Notes: a model not told the origin generated them from the letters alone. Positions 49,390 to 60,049 are shown, counted from the stretch's first letter. The stretch is DNA of 64,000 nt from Vulcanimicrobiota bacterium (GCA_963812135.1 CAWETU010000001.1:320001-384000), one strand, 5' to 3'. Program-made: numbers and translations.

Positions 49390-50325
49390 ATGAAGCTATC
49401 GGTCGTGATCCCGACCTACAACCGCATCGATACGCTGCGGGTCGTCGTGCCGTCTCTCCTGGAGCAGACGCTGCCCGCCGGCGAGTACGAGCTCGTCATC
49501 GCCGACTCGCGCAGCACCGACGGCACGCGCGAGTATCTGGCGGGACTGGGGGCCGGCGGCCGAGTCCGCCATCTGCCCGGCGACTATACCGGCCGCGCGT
49601 CGGCGCGCAATGCCGGCATCGCCGCTGCGGTCGCGCCGCTCGTCCTGTTCACGGATGCGGACATCATCGCGTCGCCGGACCTGCTCGAGCGCCACGTGGC
49701 CGGACACGAAGCCGCGGAACGGCGTATCGCGATCGTGGGCTGCGAGCTCCAAGTCAAGTCGCTCGACGACTACCGCGTGCAGCGCGACCAGCCCGAAACC
49801 CGCAAGCCATTGCACCCGGCGGAGCGCCGGCGGCTCTCCTGGCTCTACTTCTTGACCGGCAACGCGTCCGCGCGGCGCGACGATTTGTCGGCGGTCGGCG
49901 GATTCGATGAGGATTTCACCGGTTACGGTCACGAAGACCTCGAGCTCGGGTATCGGTTGGAGAAAGCCGGCGTCGAGCTGCGATACGACGCCCGGGCGAT
50001 CAACTATCACTGGCACCCGGTCGGCTACGAAGAACAGAAGGGCAAGATGGAGCTGGCCGGCGTGTCGACGGTGCGTTTCTATCGCAAGCATCGCGACGTA
50101 GCGGTGATGGCGAACCTCGGGATGACGCCGGTCTCGCTCGCGCTCCACTCGTTGCTGCAAGCCGCCGGACCCGTGCGGCGTGCCATCGAGCGCGCGGGCG
50201 AAAGCCAAGAGTCGCCGCGCAAGAACACGTGGCCGTTCATCGCGCGACAGATCGCCTATCAATACCACTACTTGAACGGGGTGAAGCGCGCATTGCGCGA
50301 GCCCGACGGAGCGACACGCGGTTGA
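49390..50325 (+). CDS. Glycosyltransferase family 2
   Basis: SVVIPTYNR, DAD and GHEDLELG. Confidence 0.88.
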   Translation: MKLSVVIPTYNRIDTLRVVVPSLLEQTLPAGEYELVIADSRSTDGTREYLAGLGAGGRVRHLPGDYTGRASARNAGIAAAVAPLVLFTDADIIASPDLLERHVAGHEAAERRIAIVGCELQVKSLDDYRVQRDQPETRKPLHPAERRRLSWLYFLTGNASARRDDLSAVGGFDEDFTGYGHEDLELGYRLEKAGVELRYDARAINYHWHPVGYEEQKGKMELAGVSTVRFYRKHRDVAVMANLGMTPVSLALHSLLQAAGPVRRAIERAGESQESPRKNTWPFIARQIAYQYHYLNGVKRALREPDGATRG

Positions 50326-52112
50326 CATCTGCCGACCAGAAAAATAGATACGTCACGTGCGGCGAGCTCGGCGCGAGCGACGCTGGTGCGCGCGTCGCCG
50401 TCCGCGGCTGGGTGAACAGCACGCGCGATCACGGCGGGCTGATCTTCGTCGACGTCCGCGACCGCTACGGCATCACGCAGGTCGTCTTCGATCCGCGGAC
50501 GACTGAACAACCGTCGTACGAAGCCGCAGGCCACCTGCGCTCCGAGGACGTCATCATGGCCGCCGGCACCGTCCGGCGCCGGCCCGCCGGCACCGAGAAC
50601 GCGAACCTCAAGACGGGTGAGATCGAAGTCGCGGTCGATCAGCTCACGGTCCTCAACAAGTCGAAGACGCCGCCGTTCCCCTTGCACGGCGATGAGAACG
50701 TCGACGAAAGCTTGCGCATGAAGTACCGCTACATCGACCTGCGCCGGCCGGCGATGCAGCACAACATCGCGCTTCGCCATCGCGCGGTCAAAGCGGTGCG
50801 CGATTATCTCGATACGCAAGGCTACCTCGAGATCGAGACGCCGATGCTCATCAAGCAGACGCCCGAGGGCGCGCGCGACTTCCTCGTGCCGAGCCGCCTG
50901 CACCCCGGCGAGTTCTACGCGCTGCCGCAGTCGCCGCAGCTGTTCAAGCAGCTGCTGATGGTCGGCGGTTTTCACCGCTATTTCCAGATCGCGCGCTGCT
51001 TCCGCGACGAAGACTCTCGCGCCGACCGCCAACCGGAGTTCTCGCAGATCGACATCGAGCTGACGTTCCCGAGCCAAGAAGACGTCATCGCGGTGATCGA
51101 GGGGACGCTCGCGGCCATGTTCTCGCACGCGCTCGGCGTCGACGTGAAGCCGCCGTTTCGCCGCCTGACGTTCGAAGAGGCGATGGCCACATACGGCTCG
51201 GACAAACCCGACCTTCGGTTCGAGATGCGGCTGCACGACTTCGCGCCGGCGTTCGCAGGCACGGAGTTCAAGATCTTCGCGTCGGCGCTCGCCGCCGGCA
51301 AAGCGGTCGTGGGTCTCGTGGATCGCGGCGGCGCGAGCCGCTCGCGGCGCGAGTTCGACGCGCTCGCGGAACTCGCGGCGAGCGAATGGGGCGCCAAAGG
51401 ACTCGCATGGCTCGCGTTCGGCGCCGACGGCGTGAAGACGTCGCTGCCCAAGGCGGCGCTTACCGACCCGACACTCGCCAAGATCCGCGAGGCCGGCGCA
51501 GCCGACGGCGACGCAGTGTTCTTTGTCGCCGACGAGCGCCGGACGGCCCAGACGATCGCGGGCAAACTGCGTTTACATCTGGGAACGCAGCGCGATCTGC
51601 GCGATCCAAAGCGCTTCGAGTTCTGCTGGGTGCTGGATTTCCCGCTGTTCGAGAAAGATCCCGAGACGGGCGCGACCATGCCGATGCACCATCCGTTCAC
51701 CGCGCCCGCGCCCGGCCAGAACCTGCTCACGGACGATCCGCTCACGCTGCGCGCGCAGCACTACGACGTCGTGCTCAACGGATCCGAGCTCGGCAGCGGC
51801 TCGATCCGCATCCACGATCCGCGCGAGCAGCGCAAGGTGTTCGAGATGCTCGGTTATTCCGAAGAGGAAGTGGCGCACCGATTCGGATTCCTGCTCGAGG
51901 CGTTCGAATACGGCGCGCCGCCGCACGGCGGCATGGCGCTCGGCATCGACCGCATCATCGCGCTCATGGTTGGCGCCGAGTCCATCCGCGAAGTCATCGC
52001 CTTCCCGAAGAACCAGAAGTTCCAAGACTTGATGATCGACGCCCCGTCGACCGTCGAGCCGAAGCTGCTGCGCGACTTGCGCCTCAAGCTCGACCAGCCG
52101 CCGCAACGATGA
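50322..52112 (+). CDS. aspS: Aspartyl-tRNA synthetase (probably non-discriminating)
   Basis: RDHGG, PEGARDF, LPQSPQLFKQ, CFRDED and GAPPHGG; TTG start overlapping the upstream stop. Confidence 0.96.
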   Translation: MTSADQKNRYVTCGELGASDAGARVAVRGWVNSTRDHGGLIFVDVRDRYGITQVVFDPRTTEQPSYEAAGHLRSEDVIMAAGTVRRRPAGTENANLKTGEIEVAVDQLTVLNKSKTPPFPLHGDENVDESLRMKYRYIDLRRPAMQHNIALRHRAVKAVRDYLDTQGYLEIETPMLIKQTPEGARDFLVPSRLHPGEFYALPQSPQLFKQLLMVGGFHRYFQIARCFRDEDSRADRQPEFSQIDIELTFPSQEDVIAVIEGTLAAMFSHALGVDVKPPFRRLTFEEAMATYGSDKPDLRFEMRLHDFAPAFAGTEFKIFASALAAGKAVVGLVDRGGASRSRREFDALAELAASEWGAKGLAWLAFGADGVKTSLPKAALTDPTLAKIREAGAADGDAVFFVADERRTAQTIAGKLRLHLGTQRDLRDPKRFEFCWVLDFPLFEKDPETGATMPMHHPFTAPAPGQNLLTDDPLTLRAQHYDVVLNGSELGSGSIRIHDPREQRKVFEMLGYSEEEVAHRFGFLLEAFEYGAPPHGGMALGIDRIIALMVGAESIREVIAFPKNQKFQDLMIDAPSTVEPKLLRDLRLKLDQPPQR

Positions 52113-52122
52113 GGAGCCGACC

Positions 52123-52995
52123 GTGACCATCACGCTCGTCCGTGAACCCGATGCCGTCGACGAACGGGTGCGCGAAGCGTATCGCGACATCAAAGCGTCG
52201 TTACGCGTGCCGGTCGTCAGCAGCCTGTTCCAGGCATACGCGGCCGTGCCGCGTTTCTTGGACTACACGTGGCGTCGGCTGCGTCCCAATGTGCTCGCCA
52301 AGCCGTTCGTCGATCACGCGCGTGCCATCGGCGAGCACGCCGAGCGTTCCGCAGCGACGTGGTCCATCGGCGATCATGCAGCGGAGCTGCGCGCGCGCAA
52401 CGTCGGCGAAGGCGACATCGTGCGCATGCGCGAGATCGCCGCGCTGCTGGTCGACGTCGATCCCAAGCTGCTCGTCATCGCGCACGCGGTGCGCATGGCG
52501 ATGAGCGGCGTGCAGGTCGGCGGCGCCGGCACGGGCACGCATCAGTTCAGCGGCGACGAGGATCGTCTGGCGCGCGACTATCGCGGGCTGACCATCGCGA
52601 TCATCGAAGAGCGCGACGCGCCGCTGCGCGTGCGCACCGTGTACGAAGAGATCAAGTCGGCGACCGGCGCGCCGTTCGTCAACAGCGACTACCGCGCGAT
52701 GGCGGCATACCCCGACTGGCTCGAGCTATGGTGGCGCGACGTGAAAGCCGCGATCCACACGCCGCGCTTCGCGACGATGTGCCGCGAAGTCGACGACGCG
52801 GCCATCGAAGCCGCACGCCATCTCCCCTACGCGCTGAATCTGCGCGAGGAGTCGCTCGCGCGCGTCGAAGTCAGCGCCGACGAACGCGCGCGCATCACGC
52901 GCGCCAACGAAGCGTTCTGCCAGATGCTGCCGGCCATCGTCGTGGGTACCGCGCTCGCGCACCGTGGGTTGAACCTCCCCGAATCGCGAGCGTAA
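52123..52995 (+). CDS. DehI-family (group I) 2-haloacid dehalogenase-like protein
   Basis: Internal tandem repeat YRDIKASLRVPVV / YEEIKSATGAPFVNSDY; GAGGAG RBS. Confidence 0.7.
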   Translation: MTITLVREPDAVDERVREAYRDIKASLRVPVVSSLFQAYAAVPRFLDYTWRRLRPNVLAKPFVDHARAIGEHAERSAATWSIGDHAAELRARNVGEGDIVRMREIAALLVDVDPKLLVIAHAVRMAMSGVQVGGAGTGTHQFSGDEDRLARDYRGLTIAIIEERDAPLRVRTVYEEIKSATGAPFVNSDYRAMAAYPDWLELWWRDVKAAIHTPRFATMCREVDDAAIEAARHLPYALNLREESLARVEVSADERARITRANEAFCQMLPAIVVGTALAHRGLNLPESRA

Positions 52996-54396
52996 GTGGC
53001 GCAGCGCGTCGCACGCGACCCGGCGCGGTCCGTGTGGGCGGGCGTCGCGCTCTTCGCCCTCTGCATCAGCGCGCTCGCGACCGATCGCTACGTCACCTAC
53101 CACTACGGGGCGGACCTCGGACTGTTCACGCAGACCATCGCGGCGGCGTTCCACGGTTTTGGGAATCAGGTCGAGCACGGCAGCCATTTCATCGTCCACT
53201 TCTCGCCGATCTACTATCTCGTCGCGTTGCCGTTCGCCGCTGCGCGCTCGCCCCTGACGCTGCAGGTGTTTCAGGCGATCAGCTGCGCGTTGGTCGCGCC
53301 ACCGCTCTACCTGTTCGCGCGCAAGCGCACGGACGCGAGGCTGGCTGCGTTGATCGCATGCACTGCGCTGCTCTATCCGCCGCTCGTGGGCATGTCGCTG
53401 AGCGAGTTCCATGAGAACGCGTTCGCGCCGGCGGCGATCGCGTGGTTGATCTGGGCGGTCGACGAACGCCGCTGGTCCCTGGCAGCGCTGTTCGCGGCGC
53501 TCGCGTTGAGCATCAAAGAGGACGAGGCGGTCATCCTCTGCACCCTCGGCGCGGCGTTCGCCGTGTGGAGCCTGCTCCGGCGCGACCGCGCGGGTGCGCT
53601 ATTCGGCGCGTCGGTGGCGCTCGCCGCGGTGGCGGTGCTCGCGCTGTACTTCGGATTCATCCAACCGCATGCCGGCGGCCGCTGGTTCATCTCCGATTTC
53701 TATCTCGCGCACACGAAGGATCTGCCGCACGGCGCGGTCGTCGTCACCGGCAGGCTCACGTTCTTGCTCGAGGTCTTCGGACCGCTGCTCTTCGTGCCGT
53801 TGATGTCGCGCTGGATCTGGCTCGCCGTGCCCGGGTTCATCGAAGTGCTCTCGTCTCGTTGGCCCGTCACCTATACCATGGGGACGCATTATGCCGGCGT
53901 GTGGATCCCGTACGTGTTGGTCGCGTTCGCCGCCGCAGTCGCGGCGCTGGGCGCGAACGACCTTGTGCGCGCGCGCAAAGTCGTCTGGGTCTGCATCGCG
54001 TTGTGCGTCCTCAATCTGGCGGTCGCAAGCCCGACGCATTGGGCGCACTACTATCGCTTGCGCAACGCGCATGACGCCGCGCTCGATCGGATGATCGCGA
54101 CGATTCCCGCCGACGCGGACGTCGGGTCCTATGACGAGGCCTTCACCCACATGTCGCTCGATCCCAACGCGCGCATCGGCATGTATATCACGCCCGATTA
54201 TTTCCTCTACGACCGGCAGTTCGACAGCATGGCGTGGCGCCGCTATATCGTGCCGCGTCTGGCCGCTGTCGTCTGCACCGGTTACTTCGTGCCGATCCGC
54301 GAGGACGATGGCCTGGTGCTCTACCAACGCGTCAAGGATGTGCCGGACGAGGTCTACGCGCGAGCACGCCGCGTCCTCCCGACGTGCAAGATGTAG
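52996..54396 (+). CDS. DUF2079 family membrane protein (GT-C-like)
   Basis: DLGLFTQ, HFSPI, EFHE and KED motifs; many TM segments. Confidence 0.75.
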   Translation: MAQRVARDPARSVWAGVALFALCISALATDRYVTYHYGADLGLFTQTIAAAFHGFGNQVEHGSHFIVHFSPIYYLVALPFAAARSPLTLQVFQAISCALVAPPLYLFARKRTDARLAALIACTALLYPPLVGMSLSEFHENAFAPAAIAWLIWAVDERRWSLAALFAALALSIKEDEAVILCTLGAAFAVWSLLRRDRAGALFGASVALAAVAVLALYFGFIQPHAGGRWFISDFYLAHTKDLPHGAVVVTGRLTFLLEVFGPLLFVPLMSRWIWLAVPGFIEVLSSRWPVTYTMGTHYAGVWIPYVLVAFAAAVAALGANDLVRARKVVWVCIALCVLNLAVASPTHWAHYYRLRNAHDAALDRMIATIPADADVGSYDEAFTHMSLDPNARIGMYITPDYFLYDRQFDSMAWRRYIVPRLAAVVCTGYFVPIREDDGLVLYQRVKDVPDEVYARARRVLPTCKM

Positions 54397-55257
54397 CTAC
54401 ATCTGGATCGCTTCGGTCGAGCGGCTTTCGATGAAGAGCATGTCGGCCGATGATTTCGGGAAGTCGAAATTCGTGAACGAATAGCTGATGCCGTCGTAGC
54501 GCGTCGCGCCCGGCAGGGGCACGTACGGGTCGACGGCCGGTGCGTAACCGCCGAGCACCAGCGACGCTGAGGTCGATTCGCTATCGATGACCCAGTGGCC
54601 GTGATTCATCGTGTACGTGACAATCCAGGCCACGGTCGTCGCTTGGCCGGAACGGAAAGCGCCGTCGCTCACGAGCTTGACGACCTCAAAGGTCTTCGCA
54701 TCGACCCACAGCTCGCGCAGCCGATACACTTTCGGATCGAGCAGCGGCGTCAGCTCGAGCAGATACGTGCGGCGATTATGCAGTGTCTCCACGTCGAGCG
54801 ACGCGACGTCGTAGGCGCGCTGCGCCGACGTGGCGGGCGCGAGCTTCGACAGCCCGAAATCGTAGATCGGCGAGATCTGCGGCACGCCGAACGGCTCGTC
54901 GATGTTCGGGCTGTCGTGGACGGCCAGTCCTTTGACTTTCAGCGTGAACTTGTAGGGATTGTCGGGCGGGTTGGTCGAGCTCAGCGGCTTCGAGTCGGTG
55001 GCGACGCGATCGTCGCGCGCGCGGCACCTCGACTGGAACTGCTCGATGAGCCAGCGCCCCTTTGCCTGCGTCCGCACCGTGACGACGAAGGAGATGAACG
55101 CCGGGTAGCTCTGCGCGCGCGCGAAGGCGAGCGCGCGATCGAAGATCTCGTCGGCGCTCGGATCGGATGCGGCGCGCGCCTGACCGGCGAGCGCGAACTG
55201 CAGCGCCGCACCGAAGGCGATTGCGGCGACGCGCAGATGCAGTGCCCGGCTTGCCAT
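54397..55257 (-). CDS. Secreted hypothetical protein
   Basis: Signal peptide; beta-rich; RLRELWVD; AAGGA RBS. Confidence 0.65.
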   Translation of the reverse strand: MASRALHLRVAAIAFGAALQFALAGQARAASDPSADEIFDRALAFARAQSYPAFISFVVTVRTQAKGRWLIEQFQSRCRARDDRVATDSKPLSSTNPPDNPYKFTLKVKGLAVHDSPNIDEPFGVPQISPIYDFGLSKLAPATSAQRAYDVASLDVETLHNRRTYLLELTPLLDPKVYRLRELWVDAKTFEVVKLVSDGAFRSGQATTVAWIVTYTMNHGHWVIDSESTSASLVLGGYAPAVDPYVPLPGATRYDGISYSFTNFDFPKSSADMLFIESRSTEAIQM

Positions 55258-55263
55258 AGTTCC

Positions 55264-56337
55264 TTAGCGCAGCGATCTGATGATATCGGGCGGGGCGATG
55301 ATGTACACCGTGCCGTTGGAGCCGCCCTGCCACACGCGTTCGAACTGTGCGCGCGGGTACACCCGCCGGATGGCGCCGGGTTCGGCGTACGGATCGTTCA
55401 CGATGACGTCGCCCGCCGCGTTGAAACCCCTGATGACAAGCAGGTGCCCTTCGGTCTTCGGATACGGCGTGCCATCGAGCTCGCCGGGTTTGACGGCGAT
55501 GCTCGCGATCACGGGCACCCCCCGTTTCACCAACAGCTCGACATCGGTCAGCGACGGCAGCTGGCGCACGAAGCCGGCAAGACCATGTTCGGACGCGTAC
55601 GCGACGTTGAACGGCCAGTTGCCGCAGCCGTCGTACACCGGATCGTAGACGCCGTCGGCGACGGTCGCGACGTCGACATCCCATTGCGGGTTGTTGGTGG
55701 CGCGCGCCCAGTACGCCATCACCATCGAGACGCTCGTCGGACTGCACCACGAGTCGCCGCCGCCGCCTTTCGCGTCGGGCGACGTCGGAATGCGCTGCGT
55801 GCGCTCGGGGACGTCGAGTTCGGCGACCGCGCCGGCGCGCGAGCGCTCGGCGTTCCCGCCATCGGGCGCGAGCGACGTCGCGATCGCGAATAGGTGCAGC
55901 GCGGGCAGCGAACCGGCTGTGCCGGCCAACGGCGCAGCGTGCAGTTCGAACGCGTCCGCGGTCGCATTGAGCGTGAGCGTGTCGGTGTCGACCTGTCCGT
56001 CCGCGTCTTTTTGGCCATCGACGGAGTGGCGCTTGCCCGCGTTGTCGGCGCTCCACACGCCCATCTGGTACCATCGTGTCCAGCGGCCGTCGACCCGCGC
56101 GCGCAGGCGGACGTCGACACCCGAACCGCCGGGCGTCTGCACGTTCCACGACACGACCGCGGTCTTGAAACCACCGGGCACGTCCATCTCGCGTTGCACG
56201 ACGCCAATGTCGGAGCCGACGTCGACGAAGGCGACGCGGTCATTCACGTTCGGCGCAGCGCTTGCGCCGCTCGCGAGACCCGCGCCGGCGAGCATGCCGA
56301 GCGCGGCGAGCAGAAGCGCATGTCTTAGATTTCCCAT
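55264..56337 (-). CDS. Secreted C39-like cysteine peptidase
   Basis: Signal peptide; WCSPTS...GHL...NDP catalytic pattern. Confidence 0.8.
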   Translation of the reverse strand: MGNLRHALLLAALGMLAGAGLASGASAAPNVNDRVAFVDVGSDIGVVQREMDVPGGFKTAVVSWNVQTPGGSGVDVRLRARVDGRWTRWYQMGVWSADNAGKRHSVDGQKDADGQVDTDTLTLNATADAFELHAAPLAGTAGSLPALHLFAIATSLAPDGGNAERSRAGAVAELDVPERTQRIPTSPDAKGGGGDSWCSPTSVSMVMAYWARATNNPQWDVDVATVADGVYDPVYDGCGNWPFNVAYASEHGLAGFVRQLPSLTDVELLVKRGVPVIASIAVKPGELDGTPYPKTEGHLLVIRGFNAAGDVIVNDPYAEPGAIRRVYPRAQFERVWQGGSNGTVYIIAPPDIIRSLR

Positions 56338-57953
56338 TCCCAGCAGTTCCAGAAATCCGTCACGACCGGCGAGATCTTGAAGTTGCGCAGATCCGAGTTC
56401 GCCGCGACGACGTTCTTATCCCAATAGACGATGACCGCCGGCACGTCGTCGAGCATGAGCGACCAAGCGAGCTCATAGTCGCGGCGCCGGACCGCTTGGT
56501 CGGCCTGGCGCTCCGCGTCGAGCAACAGCGCGTCGACGCGCGGATTGCAATAGAAATCGGTGTTCGCGCCGCTGCGCGGGAAATAGTCGCAGCCCCACGA
56601 GCCGAGATTGTCCGGGTCGACGCCTTCGGTGTTCACGATCCATGCCATGTCGTACGTGCCGCCGTAGAGCGGGCCGTGTTCTGCGAAAAGCAGCGCGCCG
56701 GCGTAGTTCTTCACGGAGAGCTCCACGCCGATGGCCTTGAGCTGCTCGACGATCATCGCTTCGCTCGACTCCGCCGCCTGATTGCCCGCGGCGCTTGAGA
56801 TCGTCAGCGAAAGGCGCGTGCCCGCTTTTTCGCGCACGCCGCCCGGACCGAGCCGCCAGCCGTCGGCATCGAGGAGGCGGCGCGCCGCCGCGGGATCGTA
56901 GGGGATCGGCGGCAGCCGGTTCGCCGCCCATGAGAACGGCGGGATATCCGTCGACGCGCGCGCGCCGAAGCCGCCGTAGATCGTGTTGATGATGCGCTCG
57001 TAGTCGATGCCGCGCGCGACCGCGCGACGCACCGCGGCGTCGGCGAGGATCGGATTCTTCAGATTGAAATCGAGATGCCGGTACGCAGCGATCAGCGCGG
57101 TCGAGACGCGGATGCCGTCCACGCCTATGAGCTCGCGCACGTGGGCCTTCGGCACGCCGTCGATGACGTCGAGTTCGTGGGTGAGCAGCAGCTGGATCGA
57201 CGTGTTCGTGTTGGGGACGATCTTGATGCGCACTTCGTCGAGCCGCGGACGGCCGCGCCAATAGAGCGGGTTGGCGGCGAAGACGAGTTCGGAACCGTGT
57301 TCCCAATGTTTGAGGACGAACGGGCCATCGCCGATCGGGGACGCGTTGAACGGGATGTTGTTGAGCGTCGCGTACCCCGCGAGCAGATGCTTGGGGAGCG
57401 GCGGAAAATCGCCTTCGGAGAAAAGATAGACGGCCGGGCTGAACGGCTCGCGCAGCACCATGGTGACTTGGTGAGGATTGTCGGCGACGATGGTCTTGAT
57501 CTTGTCGAAGCCCGCCGTGCGCACGACGGGGTTCTTGCCGTCGACGATCGCGTGCCATGTGAAGATGACGTCGTCAGCGGTCACGGGCGCGCCGTCCGAC
57601 CAGCGCGCGGTGGGGCGCAGCTTGAACGTGATGCGCAGGCCGTCTTTGCTGATCAATCCGTTGGCCACGCTGGGGAAGACGGTGGCGAGCGAGGGCACGG
57701 GATGCTCTCGTTCATCGAAACGGAAGAACGGTTCGAACAGCAGCATGGTGACGTCGTCCGCCGACGCCTGATTAGAGAACATACGGATGAGCGTGTTCGG
57801 CTCTTCTTGTTCCGCGAAGCGCACGATGCCGTGGTGCGTCCAAGGATTGCCTGCATTTGTCGTAGCGGCCGAATTTGTTCGGCCGTGCGTGATGCTGCAT
57901 GCGCCCACGAACAGCGCGAGCACGACGGCAAGCGCGATTCGACCGACAGTCAC
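56325..57953 (-). CDS. Peptide ABC transporter substrate-binding lipoprotein (family 5)
   Basis: Lipobox VGAC; WSDGAPVTADDV, GDGPF and VRRAV. Confidence 0.88.
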   Translation of the reverse strand: MTVGRIALAVVLALFVGACSITHGRTNSAATTNAGNPWTHHGIVRFAEQEEPNTLIRMFSNQASADDVTMLLFEPFFRFDEREHPVPSLATVFPSVANGLISKDGLRITFKLRPTARWSDGAPVTADDVIFTWHAIVDGKNPVVRTAGFDKIKTIVADNPHQVTMVLREPFSPAVYLFSEGDFPPLPKHLLAGYATLNNIPFNASPIGDGPFVLKHWEHGSELVFAANPLYWRGRPRLDEVRIKIVPNTNTSIQLLLTHELDVIDGVPKAHVRELIGVDGIRVSTALIAAYRHLDFNLKNPILADAAVRRAVARGIDYERIINTIYGGFGARASTDIPPFSWAANRLPPIPYDPAAARRLLDADGWRLGPGGVREKAGTRLSLTISSAAGNQAAESSEAMIVEQLKAIGVELSVKNYAGALLFAEHGPLYGGTYDMAWIVNTEGVDPDNLGSWGCDYFPRSGANTDFYCNPRVDALLLDAERQADQAVRRRDYELAWSLMLDDVPAVIVYWDKNVVAANSDLRNFKISPVVTDFWNCWEWEI

Positions 57954-59026
57954 TTGGCAGCGACGCGCGCGTGCCACTTCGGCGTCTGCTGCGCCGCGTC
58001 ACGCAACGCGCTCCACAGCCGCGCGCCACCGAAACGCACGACGTCATCCGCGGGAAGGCCGGCGCTTGCCTCTGCTTCGGCGATGGCTGCGCGGGCGTGC
58101 GCGTCATCCAGGCTCGACGTGTTCACCGCGACTGCGACGCAGCGCGCCGGCTTGATCGGGGCGAGCAGCGTCTCGTGCGCGCGGATCATCTCCGCCAACG
58201 GAGGCAGCGTGACGCCGTATTCCTCGATCGAGACGCGATCGGTATCGATGCACATCACGAGCAGATCGGGGGCGCATCCGTAGAGCAACCCAAGCGTCAC
58301 GGGCGCGTAGGCAGGATGCCAGAGACTTCCCTGGCCTTCGACGAGCGCGACATCGGCATCCGGCGCGACGCCCAGCACGAGCTGCTCGGCCGCGCCGGTG
58401 ATGAAATCGGAGATGACGCGGTCGACGACGATGCCTTTGCCGGCGATCAGCGTACCCGTCTGTCCGGTGGCGACGAATTCCGTCTTGTCGCCGGCCGCGC
58501 GCGCCGCGCGGTCGAGCTCGATCATCACCGACTTTTTGCCGACCGCGCAATCGCTGCCGACGGCGAGAGCGACCACTTGCGGCACGCGATACGCTGCGCC
58601 GGAGAACAACGGGATGTCCGCGGGCGGCACGCGCACATCCCAGAGGCGCGCGCCAGACGCGCGTGCGCGCGCGGCGAACTCAGGATCGTCGGCCAACAGT
58701 TGGTGCAATCCGCTCACGATCTCCAGGCCGGCGTCGATCGCGTCGACGATCTGCGGTCGAAAAGACTCTGGGATGAAGCCGCCCTGGTTCGCGACGCCGA
58801 GCAAAAGCGACGTGGGCCGCAGCGCCAGCGCTTCACGCAGCGACGCGACGATCGGCGCGGACCGGTGCAGGCGCGGCAATACGTCGCGCACGTCGCGGCC
58901 GGCGAACTCGGAATCGATGACAGCGGCGACCTCGTCGCGCCCGTATTGCATCACGCCGTGCGCGGTCTTCGCACGGCGGTCAGTGAGGTGGCCCTCTGTC
59001 AAGATCGCGTAACGGCGAGGCGGCAT
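57950..59026 (-). CDS. DUF1611 P-loop protein (DgcN-like)
   Basis: AKTA, SGLH, GSDCAVGK, ATGQTG and EGQGS. Confidence 0.85.
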   Translation of the reverse strand: MPPRRYAILTEGHLTDRRAKTAHGVMQYGRDEVAAVIDSEFAGRDVRDVLPRLHRSAPIVASLREALALRPTSLLLGVANQGGFIPESFRPQIVDAIDAGLEIVSGLHQLLADDPEFAARARASGARLWDVRVPPADIPLFSGAAYRVPQVVALAVGSDCAVGKKSVMIELDRAARAAGDKTEFVATGQTGTLIAGKGIVVDRVISDFITGAAEQLVLGVAPDADVALVEGQGSLWHPAYAPVTLGLLYGCAPDLLVMCIDTDRVSIEEYGVTLPPLAEMIRAHETLLAPIKPARCVAVAVNTSSLDDAHARAAIAEAEASAGLPADDVVRFGGARLWSALRDAAQQTPKWHARVAAK

Positions 59027-59035
59027 AATCGCGTG

Positions 59036-60049
59036 TTACGCCGCAGCCCGCGGACGGACCCCCAGACCGGGCGCGTCGGGCAGCTGCAACTGCGCGCCGT
59101 CGTACGTCACGCCGGTGAACGGATCGTCGGTGATGAGCAGCGGGCCGTCGATGTCGGCGTGGTCGGCGAGCGGCGTCAAATGCGCCGCCGCGGTCGACAA
59201 CACCGACGATTCGATCATGCAACCGATCATGACTTTCATGCCGCGCTCGCGCGCGGCGCGAATCATGCGTACGGCCGCGCGCATGCCGCCGCATTTCACG
59301 AGTTTGACGTTGATGCCGTCCACGCAGCCCGCAAGCCGGGGCACGTCGTCTTCGGTGACGGAGTCTTCGTCGGTGTAGATGGGCACGGGCGAGCGCTCGC
59401 GCACGTAACGCAAATGCTCGGGGTGCCCTGCGGGCACGGGCTGCTCGCAGAACTCGATGCCGAAACGCTCGAGCTCGCGTAGGCACGCGACCGCCTCTTC
59501 GGGCGTCCAGCCTTCGTTCGCATCGATGCGGATGGTGCCGTTGTAGATGCCGCGGATCGCTTCGAGCGTCTCGATCTCACGGCCGGCGCCGAGTTTGACT
59601 TTGAGGATCGGCATGTGGGCCGCTTCGCGAACCTTTGCGATCGTCTCGTCGATATCGGCGATGCCGATGGTGAACGAGGTTGGCTTCGCGTCGCGCGGGT
59701 CGAGCCCGAAGAGCGTGTACGCGGGCACTTCAAGCAGTTTGCCGGCGAAGTCGTGCAGCGCGAGATCGAGCGCGCACATCGCGCCCCGTTGGGTGGACGG
59801 CAGTTGCGCAAGGGTCGCGTCGACGTCGAGCAGTTTGGCGTCGTCGAGCACGACTGCTCGCAGCTGCGCTTCGATCAGCTCGACGTTCTCATCATAGCGG
59901 CTTGAAGGCGTCACCTCGCCCAGCGCTTCGATGCCGCGCGTGATGAGCCGAACGATGAGCGTCTGCGAGACGTCCTCGAAGCCACGTGCGATGGCGAAAC
60001 GATGGCGCAATCGCAATGCGAGCGGCTCGAGCTCCAGTCGCGTGGTTAT
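59036..60049 (-). CDS. Dipeptide epimerase (L-Ala-D/L-Glu epimerase, enolase superfamily); probable ATA start
   Basis: KVK, DANEGW, EQP, DE, KLVKCGG and DIDG. Confidence 0.9.
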   Translation of the reverse strand: MTTRLELEPLALRLRHRFAIARGFEDVSQTLIVRLITRGIEALGEVTPSSRYDENVELIEAQLRAVVLDDAKLLDVDATLAQLPSTQRGAMCALDLALHDFAGKLLEVPAYTLFGLDPRDAKPTSFTIGIADIDETIAKVREAAHMPILKVKLGAGREIETLEAIRGIYNGTIRIDANEGWTPEEAVACLRELERFGIEFCEQPVPAGHPEHLRYVRERSPVPIYTDEDSVTEDDVPRLAGCVDGINVKLVKCGGMRAAVRMIRAARERGMKVMIGCMIESSVLSTAAAHLTPLADHADIDGPLLITDDPFTGVTYDGAQLQLPDAPGLGVRPRAAA

